From the NCBI GenBank assembly GCA_963754195.1, contig CAVWFD010000010.1, positions 47,116 to 111,115 of the forward strand: a stretch of DNA of 64,000 nucleotides, given 5' to 3'. The DNA comes from an uncultured Chloroflexia bacterium. GTDB lineage: Bacteria; Chloroflexota; Dehalococcoidia; Dehalococcoidales; Fen-1064. The position numbers and the translations under genes were made by a program. Positions 1 to 9,885 of this stretch are shown here, in pieces (positions within the stretch are counted from its first letter, which is position 1; every line of letters begins with the position of its first letter). Below the pieces are notes generated by a model. That model did no database searches, was not told where the DNA came from, and was given only the letters and a program-made list of their open reading frames with translations.

Positions 1-696
1 TTAGGTTCAATGGAGCAAATGCGCCAGGATTTTATTTCCAACGTCTCTCATGAAATACAGTCTCCCCTGACTTCCATCCGCGGATTTGCTGCTTTGTTGA
101 AGAACGACACGCTTACAGCCGAACAGAAAAATCACTATCTCAACATTATCGAAGCCGAGAGCAAACGGCTGTCCTCCTTGAGCGACAACCTGTTGAAACT
201 GTCGGCACTGGAAACCGGCAGCGAGCCTTTGTCCATCAAAGAATACCGGCTGGACAAGCAGTTGGAGAAAGTTGCCTTGATGCTGGAACCACAATGGAGC
301 ACCAAGAATATCGCTATGGAAGCGGACATGGAAAAGCTGACAATACAGGGCGATGAGGACTTGTTATCGCAGGTCTGGATCAACCTTCTGCATAACGCTG
401 TCAAATTCACGCCGGAGGGTGGCGTGATCCGTATTATATTAAAAGCCAGTAATAACGAAGTGTCCTGTCAGATTTCCGACACCGGAATCGGTATTGCCCC
501 GAAAGACCTGATACATATATTCGAACGGTTTTATAAGGTGGACAAGTCACGTGACCGCGCTCTGGGCGGTAACGGCCTCGGACTCTCTCTCGCCAAGAAA
601 ATCGTGGAACTGCACGGCGGCCGTATTACCCCGCAAAGCGAACTCGGGAAGGGCACCACTTTTATAGTATTCTTACCCCGTTTACATTCCGTTTAA
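1..696 (+). CDS. sensor histidine kinase, C-terminal part (5' end outside window)
   Basis: Frame is open from base 1. H-box SHEIQSPLTSIRG, N-box LLHNAVKFT, G1 DTGIGI and G2 GGNGLGLS indicate HisKA + HATPase_c. Confidence 0.9.
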   Translation, partial: LGSMEQMRQDFISNVSHEIQSPLTSIRGFAALLKNDTLTAEQKNHYLNIIEAESKRLSSLSDNLLKLSALETGSEPLSIKEYRLDKQLEKVALMLEPQWSTKNIAMEADMEKLTIQGDEDLLSQVWINLLHNAVKFTPEGGVIRIILKASNNEVSCQISDTGIGIAPKDLIHIFERFYKVDKSRDRALGGNGLGLSLAKKIVELHGGRITPQSELGKGTTFIVFLPRLHSV

Positions 697-734
697 CTTC
701 CATTTATATTCCGTTTAATTTGGGGCGGTATAGT
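678..734 (+). promoter_or_regulatory. three phased CCGTTTA boxes plus TATAGT -10-like hexamer (putative response-regulator-dependent promoter)
   Basis: CCGTTTA occurs at 678-684, 689-695 and 711-717, spaced 11 and 22 bp. A 15-nt repeat TTA(C/T)ATTCCGTTTAA lies at 682-696 and 704-718. TATAGT is at 729-734. Confidence 0.35.
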
Positions 735-883
735 ATCTCTGTAGTAGACAACCAGGAGGTCAATACCGTGCTATAAAACTAAAGCCCAACATTTCAATGT
801 AAGTTTAGTTAAAGATCGACAATTTCGAATTGGGATGATAAAAGGAGAATGATAACTATGAGAATTCAGGAGGAAACGTTAAA

Positions 884-1864
884 GTGACGAGTTTATTCAT
901 GATCGAGGCTTCTGGCTTGACCAAGCGTTTCGGAAAGACCGTCGCATTGGCAGGTATTGACCTGCAGGTTCCAGCGGGGTCAATCCTTGGCTTTCTAGGC
1001 CCTAATGGCGCGGGGAAGACGACAGCAATCCGAATTCTTGCTACTCTTTCCCTTCCCGATAATGGAAGCGCACGTGTGGCAGGATTCGATGTAGTCAGCC
1101 AAGCGGCTGAGGTTCGCCGTAATATCGGAGTCGCGGCTCAGGATGCCACGCTCGACGATAATCTCACAGGGCGCCAAAACCTAGTAATGTTCGGCGTTCT
1201 GAATGGCTTTCACCAATCGAGTGCCACGCACCGCGCCAAAGAGCTTCTTGAGCAAGTCGAGTTGACAGACTCGGCCGATCGGTTAGTTAAAACCTACTCT
1301 GGTGGCATGAAACGTCGTCTCGATCTGGCGGCAGCTATGGTTGCGAGTCCGCCCGTTATATTCCTCGATGAGCCAACAACCGGTCTCGATCCCACTGTTC
1401 GACAACGGATGTGGAACATTATAAGAGGTCTGGTTGCAGAAGGTGTAACCGCCTTGCTTACAACCCAATATCTCGAAGAAGCCGATGCCCTGGCTGACCA
1501 GATCGCCGTCATAGACCATGGGAAGATAATAGCTCAGGGCACCCCAGCTAAACTCAAGGCAGCCACGGGCTCGGCAGTCTTGGAGGTAACGCTCTCGGAG
1601 CAACCACACAACGGCGTAGACAAGATCCTTAAACCGTTCGTCGAGGGGCCCATTAACACCAGCCAGGATGGCCGACGGTTCCGGGCGCCAGTGCGCAGCA
1701 GTGCGGGGCTCGCGACGACCATCGTTAGGGCGCTAGATAGCGCCGGTGTAATGGTCGATGACGTTGAAGTGCATCAGCCATCTCTTGACGATGTCTTTTT
1801 CTCTCTAACCGGGCATCCCAGCGCGAATTCGAATGCGTCGCAAACAAAAGGAGATCTAAGATGA
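884..1864 (+). CDS. ABC transporter ATP-binding protein (DrrA-like, ABC-2 type exporter)
   Basis: Walker A GPNGAGKTT, signature YSGGMKRRL, Walker B IFLDEPT. GTG start lies 10 nt after AGGAGG (868-873). Confidence 0.9.
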   Translation: MTSLFMIEASGLTKRFGKTVALAGIDLQVPAGSILGFLGPNGAGKTTAIRILATLSLPDNGSARVAGFDVVSQAAEVRRNIGVAAQDATLDDNLTGRQNLVMFGVLNGFHQSSATHRAKELLEQVELTDSADRLVKTYSGGMKRRLDLAAAMVASPPVIFLDEPTTGLDPTVRQRMWNIIRGLVAEGVTALLTTQYLEEADALADQIAVIDHGKIIAQGTPAKLKAATGSAVLEVTLSEQPHNGVDKILKPFVEGPINTSQDGRRFRAPVRSSAGLATTIVRALDSAGVMVDDVEVHQPSLDDVFFSLTGHPSANSNASQTKGDLR

Positions 1865-2703
1865 ACAAACTTTTGCAGGCACGTCCGACCGTGCCTTCTT
1901 CGCCCCTCGGAAAGTTGGCGAGTATTTGGCGCAACGTCTCTATGCTGACATTCAGAAATCTAGTCCATATTGCCCGAGAACCTCTGTCTCTATCCGATGT
2001 AACGATACAACCGGTCTTGTTCACTCTTCTCTTTGTGAGCATCCTTGGCGCCGCTGTCGTAGGTAGCGGTTATAGGCAATTCGCCGTTCCAGGTATGCTC
2101 CTCCTCAATTTGACAACTTCAGCCATGGGTACGGGGGTAGGTTTGAGCAACGATCTTAATACGGGAGTGATTGACCGCTTCCGCACATTGCCCATGTGGT
2201 CTCCAGCAGTACTTGTCGCACGATCACTTTCTGATATTCTGTCGTCAATGATTTGCGTTGCCATAGTCCTGTTGACAGGCTTAGCTATTGGCTGGCGGCC
2301 TGATGCTAGTTGGTTATCAGTGGTAGGTGGAGTTGCTGTGGTATTATTCTTTGGTTATGCCCTATCTTGGGGATGCGCTTGCTTAGGGCTCATTACCAAA
2401 AACCCGGAGACCGCCCAAGGGATTGGGCTTGTCATTCTATTCCCATTAGCTATAGTATCGAACGCACTTGTATCGACCCAGGGAATAAAGCCAACATGGC
2501 TGCAAACAGTAGCCAACTGGAACCCGGTCAGTGCCGTCGCATCAGCCTGCAGACAACTATTCGGTAACCCGAATCCGTCCTCAACTATAAATGCCTGGCC
2601 AATGCAGCACCCCGTGTGGGCTGCTATAATATGGTCAATCGCCATACTTATGGTTTTCTTCCCCACAGGAGCATATCTCTATAGGCGCCGCACGATGAAG
2701 TAA
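1861..2703 (+). CDS. ABC-2 type transporter permease
   Basis: Start overlaps the upstream ATPase stop by 4 nt. About 6 hydrophobic helices, typical DrrB-like partner. Confidence 0.85.
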   Translation: MNKLLQARPTVPSSPLGKLASIWRNVSMLTFRNLVHIAREPLSLSDVTIQPVLFTLLFVSILGAAVVGSGYRQFAVPGMLLLNLTTSAMGTGVGLSNDLNTGVIDRFRTLPMWSPAVLVARSLSDILSSMICVAIVLLTGLAIGWRPDASWLSVVGGVAVVLFFGYALSWGCACLGLITKNPETAQGIGLVILFPLAIVSNALVSTQGIKPTWLQTVANWNPVSAVASACRQLFGNPNPSSTINAWPMQHPVWAAIIWSIAILMVFFPTGAYLYRRRTMK

Positions 2704-2746
2704 GAGATTTATCATGTTTGTCTGAGCAAAAGAAATAGGAGATACC

Positions 2747-3739
2747 ATGATTCTGCCTCTAAGCGACAACGTCATAGAAGTAAAAAAGCTTACCCGCAAA
2801 TTCAAAAAACTAACAGCCGTAGATGAAATTTCATTTAACGTCGGCAAGGGTGAAATATTCGGTTTTCTCGGACCGAATGGCGCTGGAAAGACGACCACCA
2901 TTAACATTTTATGTACATTGTTGCTGCCAACATCAGGCATGGCTACGGTTAATGGATATGATGTTGTTAGTCACACCAGTCAAGTTCGCTCCTCAATCGG
3001 TTTGGTATTCCAGGAGTCAACACTTGATGAATATCTTTCGGCCGAGCAAAACCTGCTCTTCCACTCTTATGCCTATAGCATTCCGAAAAACGAGCGTAAG
3101 GAACGTTTAGAATCAATGCTCAAAATGGTGGAACTATGGGATCGGCGTAATGATCGTATTCAAACCTACTCCGGTGGCATGAGGCGTAGGCTAGAGATAG
3201 CACGGGGACTTCTGCATCATCCTAAAGTGCTGTTCCTTGATGAGCCGACCATCGGCCTTGATCCCCAAACAAGGCATAAAATATGGGACTATATTCAGGA
3301 GTTGCGAAAGCAGACAAACTTAACTATCTTCATGACCACTCAATATATGGAAGAGGCCGAAAACTGCCATCGCATCGGGATTATTGACCACGGCAAGGTT
3401 GTCGCTCTGGATACTCCCGACAACCTCAAGGATGCTGTCGGCGGTGACATTTTAACCCTGAAGACAACCGATAATGCTGCCGCTATGAGGGAGATAAAAG
3501 AACGTTATAGTAACTTAACGACTACGTTTGAAGGTGACAATATTGCTTTCAACATAAACCATGGCGAGCAATTTTTACCGGAATTTGTTAAATCTTTCCA
3601 AGGACACATACTTTCAATCAGCTTGCGTCGCCCCACTCTCGATGATGTCTTCTTAAAACTTACCGGTGCCTCGATCCGAGCTGCGGGGGCTGCTCCTTCG
3701 GGTTTGCTGAGAAGGAGAATGATGGGGAGGATGGGCTAA
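2747..3739 (+). CDS. ABC transporter ATP-binding protein (second ABC-2 pair)
   Basis: GPNGAGKTT, YSGGMRRRL and LFLDEPT motifs. RBS AGGAG lies upstream of the ATG. Confidence 0.9.
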   Translation: MILPLSDNVIEVKKLTRKFKKLTAVDEISFNVGKGEIFGFLGPNGAGKTTTINILCTLLLPTSGMATVNGYDVVSHTSQVRSSIGLVFQESTLDEYLSAEQNLLFHSYAYSIPKNERKERLESMLKMVELWDRRNDRIQTYSGGMRRRLEIARGLLHHPKVLFLDEPTIGLDPQTRHKIWDYIQELRKQTNLTIFMTTQYMEEAENCHRIGIIDHGKVVALDTPDNLKDAVGGDILTLKTTDNAAAMREIKERYSNLTTTFEGDNIAFNINHGEQFLPEFVKSFQGHILSISLRRPTLDDVFLKLTGASIRAAGAAPSGLLRRRMMGRMG

Positions 3740-3740
3740 A

Positions 3741-4532
3741 ATGCATAACTACGGCCGTGCTATCTGGGTGACTGCCTACCGTGAATTCCTGCGCTACGTG
3801 AACAACCGATCACGCCTAGCATCCTCCTTCCTCATGCCCATCTTACTCTTGATAATCTTTGGTGCCGGCTTCAATAAGTCACTCGGCAACCTGGTGCCGG
3901 GTGTCGATTTCATAAAATACATGTATCCGGGTATCATCGCTATGAGCGTGTTCCAGACATCTCTTTTTGCAGGGTTATCAATCGTTTGGGATCGCGAGAT
4001 TGGCTTCCTTAGAGAAGTGCTGGTAGCTCCACTGCCTAGAAGCGGCATCATCCTCGGCAAGGCGGCAGGAAATGCCGTTACGGCCGTTATCCAGGGTATG
4101 GTTATGCTGATCCTGGCCCCTTTTGTCCATGTCAGCCTAAGCCCAGTGACTGTTCTGGAACTTATACCAATCTTGATCATCATCTCGATGGCAATTTCGG
4201 GAATCGGACTATTGGTTGGTTCACGCCTCCGTTCCCAGCAGAGTTTCCAGATGGTGATCGGGATTCTGATGCTCCCTCTCATGTTTGCTTCAGGCGCTTT
4301 TTTCCCATTGAATAGCGTGCCGCTGTGGCTGCTGGATATTGCCAGGATCAACCCGCTCACCTATGGAGTGGATGCCCTACGGCACGTGTTCCTCGGCAAC
4401 CAGGCCGCGTCAGCCTTGGGTATTAAACTGTTTGGTCATCTCCTGAGCATAGGGCAGGATATGCTGCTGGTGTTTGTATTGGGTGTCATTCTGATTACCA
4501 TAACCGCGGTTTTATTCAGTAGGCAAGATTGA
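3741..4532 (+). CDS. ABC-2 type transporter permease
   Basis: Starts 1 nt after the ATPase stop. Polytopic membrane protein. Confidence 0.85.
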   Translation: MHNYGRAIWVTAYREFLRYVNNRSRLASSFLMPILLLIIFGAGFNKSLGNLVPGVDFIKYMYPGIIAMSVFQTSLFAGLSIVWDREIGFLREVLVAPLPRSGIILGKAAGNAVTAVIQGMVMLILAPFVHVSLSPVTVLELIPILIIISMAISGIGLLVGSRLRSQQSFQMVIGILMLPLMFASGAFFPLNSVPLWLLDIARINPLTYGVDALRHVFLGNQAASALGIKLFGHLLSIGQDMLLVFVLGVILITITAVLFSRQD

Positions 4533-5004
4533 TAATCTTCGCATGAGATGCTTTGGCTAACTATGGCTTGTCAAAAGACTAAAATGTAAAGTACGTATAA
4601 GGTAGACGGGGAGACAGAGCAGAATTGGTCTATGCCTGAAACACGATGTATTGCAAAATGGCTAGATGGTTACTTTATAACTAAAGCAATTCAGCCAGCT
4701 TGAAAAAGTCAATCCCTTAATTTCCCCATCTTGGATGTTCTCCGGTCCCGAAATGAATCTCTGTCAAGCAGATCAAAGATGATCACTTCGAATTTCGCCC
4801 AGACGTGTATACATTCTACTTATACATTGTCCTACACCCAAAAATATGAGGCTGAAACCGATTGGGCCATGGAAGGATTTAATCTAACTTAATGAATTCC
4901 CCGGCCGTAAGGTCATGGGAAGTTTATTTTTATTAATTTTTGCAGATATATATTGGGATCACTGGCATACGAAATTTTTATCTCTTAACATTCACGTCTA
5001 ACTA

Positions 5005-5033
5005 TTGACTTCATTTACCATGTGGATTAGAGT
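5005..5033 (+). promoter_or_regulatory. sigma70-like promoter candidate (TTGACT-17-TAGAGT)
   Basis: -35 TTGACT at 5005-5010, 17-nt spacer, -10 TAGAGT at 5028-5033, about 130 nt upstream of the VOC gene. Confidence 0.3.
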
Positions 5034-5163
5034 ATCTTTACTATTTGCAGTCTAACCAGAACTAAACCAGTGGAGCCAATTACAAGGATTCTGACGCAAT
5101 GGAACTGGCAATATAAAGCCAAGAAGTAATATTACATGTGAAAAACACATAGGGAGGTATGAG

Positions 5164-5550
5164 ATGTCAGATTACCAATTTGACCATATTCATTTAAATA
5201 GTCCTGATCCACTAAGGACGGCTCAATTTTACGAAAGTATGTTTGGTGCTAGAAGAATGGAGACTTTACAATTGTATGGGGGCACTGTTGTGCGTCTCGA
5301 CCTCAATGGCCAGCAAGCCCTCATAGGTCCTCCTGTGGGAAGCCCACCTTTGGTACCTGCTGCCTTACAGCCTCAATATGGCCTCATTCATTTCGGGATT
5401 AGAACCAGTAATCTGGAAAAAGCTGTAGACGAATTAAAGGCAAAGGGAGTAACGTTCGTGCAAGAGATTACACCTCTGACTCCTAGTAAATCGAAGATCT
5501 CTTATTTCCTTGCGCCTGAACATGTTTTAGTAGAGTTACAACAACGTTAA
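5164..5550 (+). CDS. VOC / glyoxalase-bleomycin resistance family protein
   Basis: 128 aa. The N-terminal FDHIHLNSPDPLRTAQFYESMFG pattern is typical of the VOC fold. RBS GGGAGG. Confidence 0.6.
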   Translation: MSDYQFDHIHLNSPDPLRTAQFYESMFGARRMETLQLYGGTVVRLDLNGQQALIGPPVGSPPLVPAALQPQYGLIHFGIRTSNLEKAVDELKAKGVTFVQEITPLTPSKSKISYFLAPEHVLVELQQR

Positions 5551-5917
5551 CCCGCATATAGCATTAATAAGACACTATAGTTCCTAATTGTTAATAACTA
5601 CGTTGCATTCTATTATAAGGTGAATTTCGAAATGTCGCGTCTATGAGAGTTTGATAATTAACCAAATGAAACCAACAGCGCCAGAATTGCAAAAAATCAG
5701 CAGCAAAGTCTTCTGTCGTGAAAAAACCCATGTACACCATCGGCATCATTTGTAACTATATTTTAGAAAGCAAAGTTTGCCACTTCACCCATGGGTAATA
5801 TGATTCATTAAATTTTGTATCATATGGGCATAGTGGAAGATATTACCTTAGAATCGTTATTCACTCCAAGAATACCTCTTCGTGATAACATCATCTTCAA
5901 GACCTAAACGGTTTACT

Positions 5918-7876
5918 TCAAATCGCCACGGCTGCCCATATTGCTTCCTCGATAGCTTCTCGTATTCGCCGTGGTTCGATACAATCCCCTACCTCGTAAA
6001 AATCAAGATATTTTCCCTTCAGTGCTTCACCTAAAGCCTTGTCAGGCGTAGAGCCAGCAGCTAAGACGATGTTATCTGCTTCCAAGAAAACATCCTTTCC
6101 TTCTTTGTCGGTCAGGCTCAAACCCTTGGGAGTGATTTTTCCATATTTCACCTGCGGCATTATTTTTACGTTGTAACCTGCTAATTTGTTTTTGTAGTAA
6201 CTTCTCAACATCCAGTACTTCACATCTAAAGCAATGTCCGGACTGCGCAAAACAAGTGTTACATCTATCCCTCTTTTTGCCAGGAACGAGCTTGTTTCAC
6301 AGCCGACATAACCTCCGCCGAGCACTATAACTTTCTTACCCGTCTTTTTCTTTTCCGCCAGGACATCGCGGCAAGTCACAACATTGTCGCCCTTAACACC
6401 CGGTATATCTGGAATAAAGGGAGAAGAACCCACGCAGACAATAACTGCTTCCGGTGCGAATTTCTTGACGGCTTCGGGAGTTGCTTCTTTATTCAACTCG
6501 ACTTTCGCTCCCGACTTCGCCAGTTGGATTTTGAAATAATTCAGCAGGCCCTTTAAATCATCTTTATCAGGAGGCGCCACAGCTAATAACAACTGCCCTC
6601 CGAGTTGATTGCCCTTTTCCCATAATGTGACATGATGACCTTTTTCAGCAGCTAGTATCGCCGCCTGCATCCCACCCGGACCGCCGCCGATGACCAACAC
6701 CTTTTTCTGTTTCGTCACACGGGGTAGCTTCGCTAAATATTCACTCTCTTTGCCGATAACGGGATTTACCGTGCAGGATATCGGTATAAAATCAATCATT
6801 ACATCTTCAAGACAGCGGTCGTCACAAACACATTTGCGGATATCTTCTACTCTGCCTTCTTTGGCTTTGTTGGGCCAATACGGGTCTGCCATTAACCCCC
6901 GGCCGATGGATATAAAATCAGCCGAGCCTTCTTGTAATATTTTTTCCGCCAGCGCCGGATCCATTATTTTACCGGTAATCCAGATAGGAGTTTTTACTCC
7001 CACTTTCTTTATTGCCGTAGTGATATCCGTATTTAAACCCGGCGGCATAAAATAAGCAGGCGCCGACCACTCGGGCGTCTCTTGCGAACCGCTGGTAATA
7101 TCGATAGCGGTAGCTCCCTCCGCTTCCAGTATTTTACACAATTCAACAGTATCTGCTATACCCCAACCTTCTGAATCTACGGGGTTTACCACTCTGTCAG
7201 AGCCCATTAATCTAAAAATAACCGCAAAATCGGGAGAGGTTTTCTTCCTGGCAACGCGCATAATGTCCAGACTGAACTTGGCTCTACCCTTGAGGTCACC
7301 ACCGTAGGCATCTGTCCTCTTGTTAAACCGGCGGGAAAGCAATTCGCACGGCAGGTATCCATTGGCGTTGTGAATCTGTATACCATCAAAGCCCGCTTCC
7401 ATTACCCGTCTGGTGCAATTACCTAAATATTCAACCATTTCTTCCAGGTCAGCTACAGTGATGACTCTAGGGTGCTTAGACAGGATGTCTGACCATTGTG
7501 CAAATGGATGAGGAATGCCGGACGGACTGGCAGGGTCTTCTTCATCGGTACTGCCCCGGTGGGGCGACATTTGCATAATAGCTTTTGCCCCTCCCGCATG
7601 AATCACGTCAGCCAGTTTTTTCAAACCCGGAATGAACTTATCATCGGTGGTTAGAATCCAACCCCCTGCTTGGGTATTTGGACGGCACTTGCAACCTTCA
7701 ACCACTATCGCACCGGCTCCGCCTTTAGCCCGTTCGCTGTAATAAGCCAGAAGCCGGTCGGTAATAAAGCCGTCAAGTGATGCATAATGCGTGCCGCAAG
7801 GAGCAAAGATAATCTTATTTCTGAGCTCCAACTTCCCCATTTTCGCCGGTTCAAAAAGTTTTGGAAATTTTGACAT
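5918..7876 (-). CDS. NADH:flavin oxidoreductase, 2,4-dienoyl-CoA reductase-like (OYE TIM barrel + Fe-S linker + FAD/NAD(P) domain)
   Basis: FDGIQIHNANGYL (OYE motif), Cys cluster CVCDDRCL...SCTVNP, and Rossmann motifs VLVIGGGPGG and VIVLGGGYVGCE. Confidence 0.85.
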   Translation of the reverse strand: MSKFPKLFEPAKMGKLELRNKIIFAPCGTHYASLDGFITDRLLAYYSERAKGGAGAIVVEGCKCRPNTQAGGWILTTDDKFIPGLKKLADVIHAGGAKAIMQMSPHRGSTDEEDPASPSGIPHPFAQWSDILSKHPRVITVADLEEMVEYLGNCTRRVMEAGFDGIQIHNANGYLPCELLSRRFNKRTDAYGGDLKGRAKFSLDIMRVARKKTSPDFAVIFRLMGSDRVVNPVDSEGWGIADTVELCKILEAEGATAIDITSGSQETPEWSAPAYFMPPGLNTDITTAIKKVGVKTPIWITGKIMDPALAEKILQEGSADFISIGRGLMADPYWPNKAKEGRVEDIRKCVCDDRCLEDVMIDFIPISCTVNPVIGKESEYLAKLPRVTKQKKVLVIGGGPGGMQAAILAAEKGHHVTLWEKGNQLGGQLLLAVAPPDKDDLKGLLNYFKIQLAKSGAKVELNKEATPEAVKKFAPEAVIVCVGSSPFIPDIPGVKGDNVVTCRDVLAEKKKTGKKVIVLGGGYVGCETSSFLAKRGIDVTLVLRSPDIALDVKYWMLRSYYKNKLAGYNVKIMPQVKYGKITPKGLSLTDKEGKDVFLEADNIVLAAGSTPDKALGEALKGKYLDFYEVGDCIEPRRIREAIEEAIWAAVAI

Positions 7877-7919
7877 CTTAATCTCCTTGATTTTATTAAT
7901 AGATTTACCTATGATGCGG

Positions 7920-7949
7920 ATTATAGTGTAACATACCTTATTCAGTCAA
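7920..7949 (-). promoter_or_regulatory. sigma70-like promoter for the flavin oxidoreductase (TTGACT-18-TATAAT)
   Basis: On the minus strand, TTGACT is at 7949-7944 and TATAAT at 7925-7920, about 45 nt upstream of the ATG at 7876. Confidence 0.45.
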
Positions 7950-8027
7950 TGGGTGGCAAAGAGAGTCACCTAGAGTCTTGTTATTTCAAAATCACTGATA
8001 GCCTCGTTTTCATAAGATATAATTAAT

Positions 8028-8160
8028 AAGGCTGGCCATGCCACTGAAGCCCGATTACTCCCAGAGCTCCGATCACGGGAGGGGACAACAACCACACTTA
8101 GCTGTGAGTTCTAACAACTAAACTCCCAGTACTCTGGTTTCCCCTGACATCGCCAGCCTT
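8028..8160 (+). ncRNA. candidate structured RNA of unknown class (strand uncertain)
   Basis: A 9-bp closing helix pairs AAGGCTGGC (8028-8036) with GCCAGCCTT (8152-8160) and encloses several internal hairpins. TATAAT at 8018-8023 lies just upstream. No ORF is present. Confidence 0.2.
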
Positions 8161-8335
8161 ATTACACATTTATTCACTTAAACCTGATATTTTTAAAGTA
8201 AAGTAATGATTGTGCTCCAAAGATCTCATCTTGACTTTCCTTTCTCGTTTATTTTTTTTTCTACTGACGAACAGATACGCTGCAAATCGCTCCTCCGCGG
8301 ACAATTCTTCTTATAATATTGGTTTGCCCCAATAT

Positions 8336-8977
8336 TTAGATTTTAAATTTTACACTGGTGAGTTTCTCACTCAAGTGCCAGAGCCGCTCTGCTAAGTCGT
8401 CGTCCATCGCCCATGGCCATACTCCCGAAAGTGCATTACTGTCGGCTGGCATAGCCTCTGCAATATCGACATCTTGGCAATATACACCCCCCATCCCATT
8501 CAACTGCGCACTGGTCGCACACCAAATGGTTGTTGCTGCTCCCTGTTCAACTGTTTTGAATGGAATATCGCCAGGGCCAATAAGTTGTCCGTTTTCTAAT
8601 GTTTTGACTACTACGGGTAGTTCACTTTTATTTAAATCCCGGCCCAGGTCCGTGTCGGGTATAATCCCGGGATGCAGTGCAAAAGCGCGAATATTCTGCG
8701 ACCTTCCCCGTTTGTCTAACGCAACGGCAAATAATGCATCCGCAGATTTAGACTGTCCATAAGCCTGCCATCTATCGTATTCCCTATGTTCGTAATTGGG
8801 GTCGTCAAAGTTAACCCCTGTCCCCACGTGGTGCCCCCAAGAAGAAAGCGCAACAACCCGGGCACTTTTTGCCTTCTTCAAAGCAGGCCAGAGCCTCACT
8901 GTCAGTTGGAAATGGCCTAAATGATTGGTGGAAAACTGTGACTCATAACCACGTGCATCACGCCTTAGCAGGCACGC
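8336..8977 (-). pseudogene. short-chain dehydrogenase/reductase, N-terminally truncated (Rossmann domain missing)
   Basis: The frame is open to 8977 and reads ...FSTNHLGHFQLTV..., with catalytic YGQSK present. An in-frame stop at 8978-8980 sits where about 100 N-terminal residues (TGxxxGxG) should be. Confidence 0.7.
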
Positions 8978-9025
8978 CTAAAATAAGCACAAAGACACCC
9001 CGATATTCTCGGAGTGTTATTCTAT

Positions 9026-9778
9026 TTAATAGTTTAGATACGTTTTAACCGCTATTTTAACTTTATTGTCAATCGTTTCTAGTTCACTTTCCTTTGGTAA
9101 CTTACCATATTTAAGTATTTTACGCTTTCGGTTTTTAGAGATACCGATTAGACTGTTACCCAATTCAACATACAAGTATTGTCGAGAGCTTGCTAATTTT
9201 ACTCTCGCATAAGGTTGCATTGTAAGTCCGTTCATACCAATGCTTTCAAGGTAGTAAAGTGGTTGATTATCGTGGAATATAACCGATGAGATATTATTAA
9301 ATCTGCCACGTAAAGGGAACGACCTTTCATTTAATTTGTGTAATTCACGTCTATCACGTTTCCAATTCTCAAGCGTTTCACGTCTACTATCATCACTCCA
9401 ATACTTTACAGCGTTATCAATTAGTAATTCGTGATAACGCTTATGAGTTACGCTCATTTTATCGGCGTTTTGAATCTCGCATACTTTAACTGTAATAGGC
9501 TTACCATTAGCATCAAAACGCAAGCGTTCAAGCTCATCACGAATCTGTATAATATGCTCTATTGCAAACGTATAGTAATTGTGTTCGGTATATTCGTAAT
9601 GTTCGGGATTGGTACACAAGTAATGACCCTGCAAGCAATTATCGGGATACTCTAAAAATATCCTAATCATAGCTTGTTTACGTTCATTAGTAAGCCATTT
9701 CGGAGACGTGTTCTTGACTATATTCGGGTCAATTTTACGTTCTGGAATCTTGACAAGTAATGAATCTATACTTTCCAT
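9026..9778 (-). CDS. hypothetical protein (AT-rich island cargo)
   Basis: ORF is 9026-9850. The ATG at 9778 (MESIDSLL) follows GGCGGTGAG, while the 9850 start is GTG inside the inverted repeat. No recognisable domain. Confidence 0.6.
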   Translation of the reverse strand: MESIDSLLVKIPERKIDPNIVKNTSPKWLTNERKQAMIRIFLEYPDNCLQGHYLCTNPEHYEYTEHNYYTFAIEHIIQIRDELERLRFDANGKPITVKVCEIQNADKMSVTHKRYHELLIDNAVKYWSDDSRRETLENWKRDRRELHKLNERSFPLRGRFNNISSVIFHDNQPLYYLESIGMNGLTMQPYARVKLASSRQYLYVELGNSLIGISKNRKRKILKYGKLPKESELETIDNKVKIAVKTYLNY

Positions 9779-9840
9779 TATCTCACCGCCTTGTGATAAC
9801 AGATTCACACACTCATATATCAAGGTTGGGTGTGTAGTGC

Positions 9841-9863
9841 TTAAATACACTTGCTAGGCTAGG
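9841..9863. repeat. inverted repeat, left arm (TTAAATACACTTGCTAGGCTAGG)
   Basis: The reverse complement recurs at 10382-10404 with 21/23 identity. Confidence 0.85.
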
Positions 9864-9885
9864 CTCTAAAGATAATGTGTAACTA

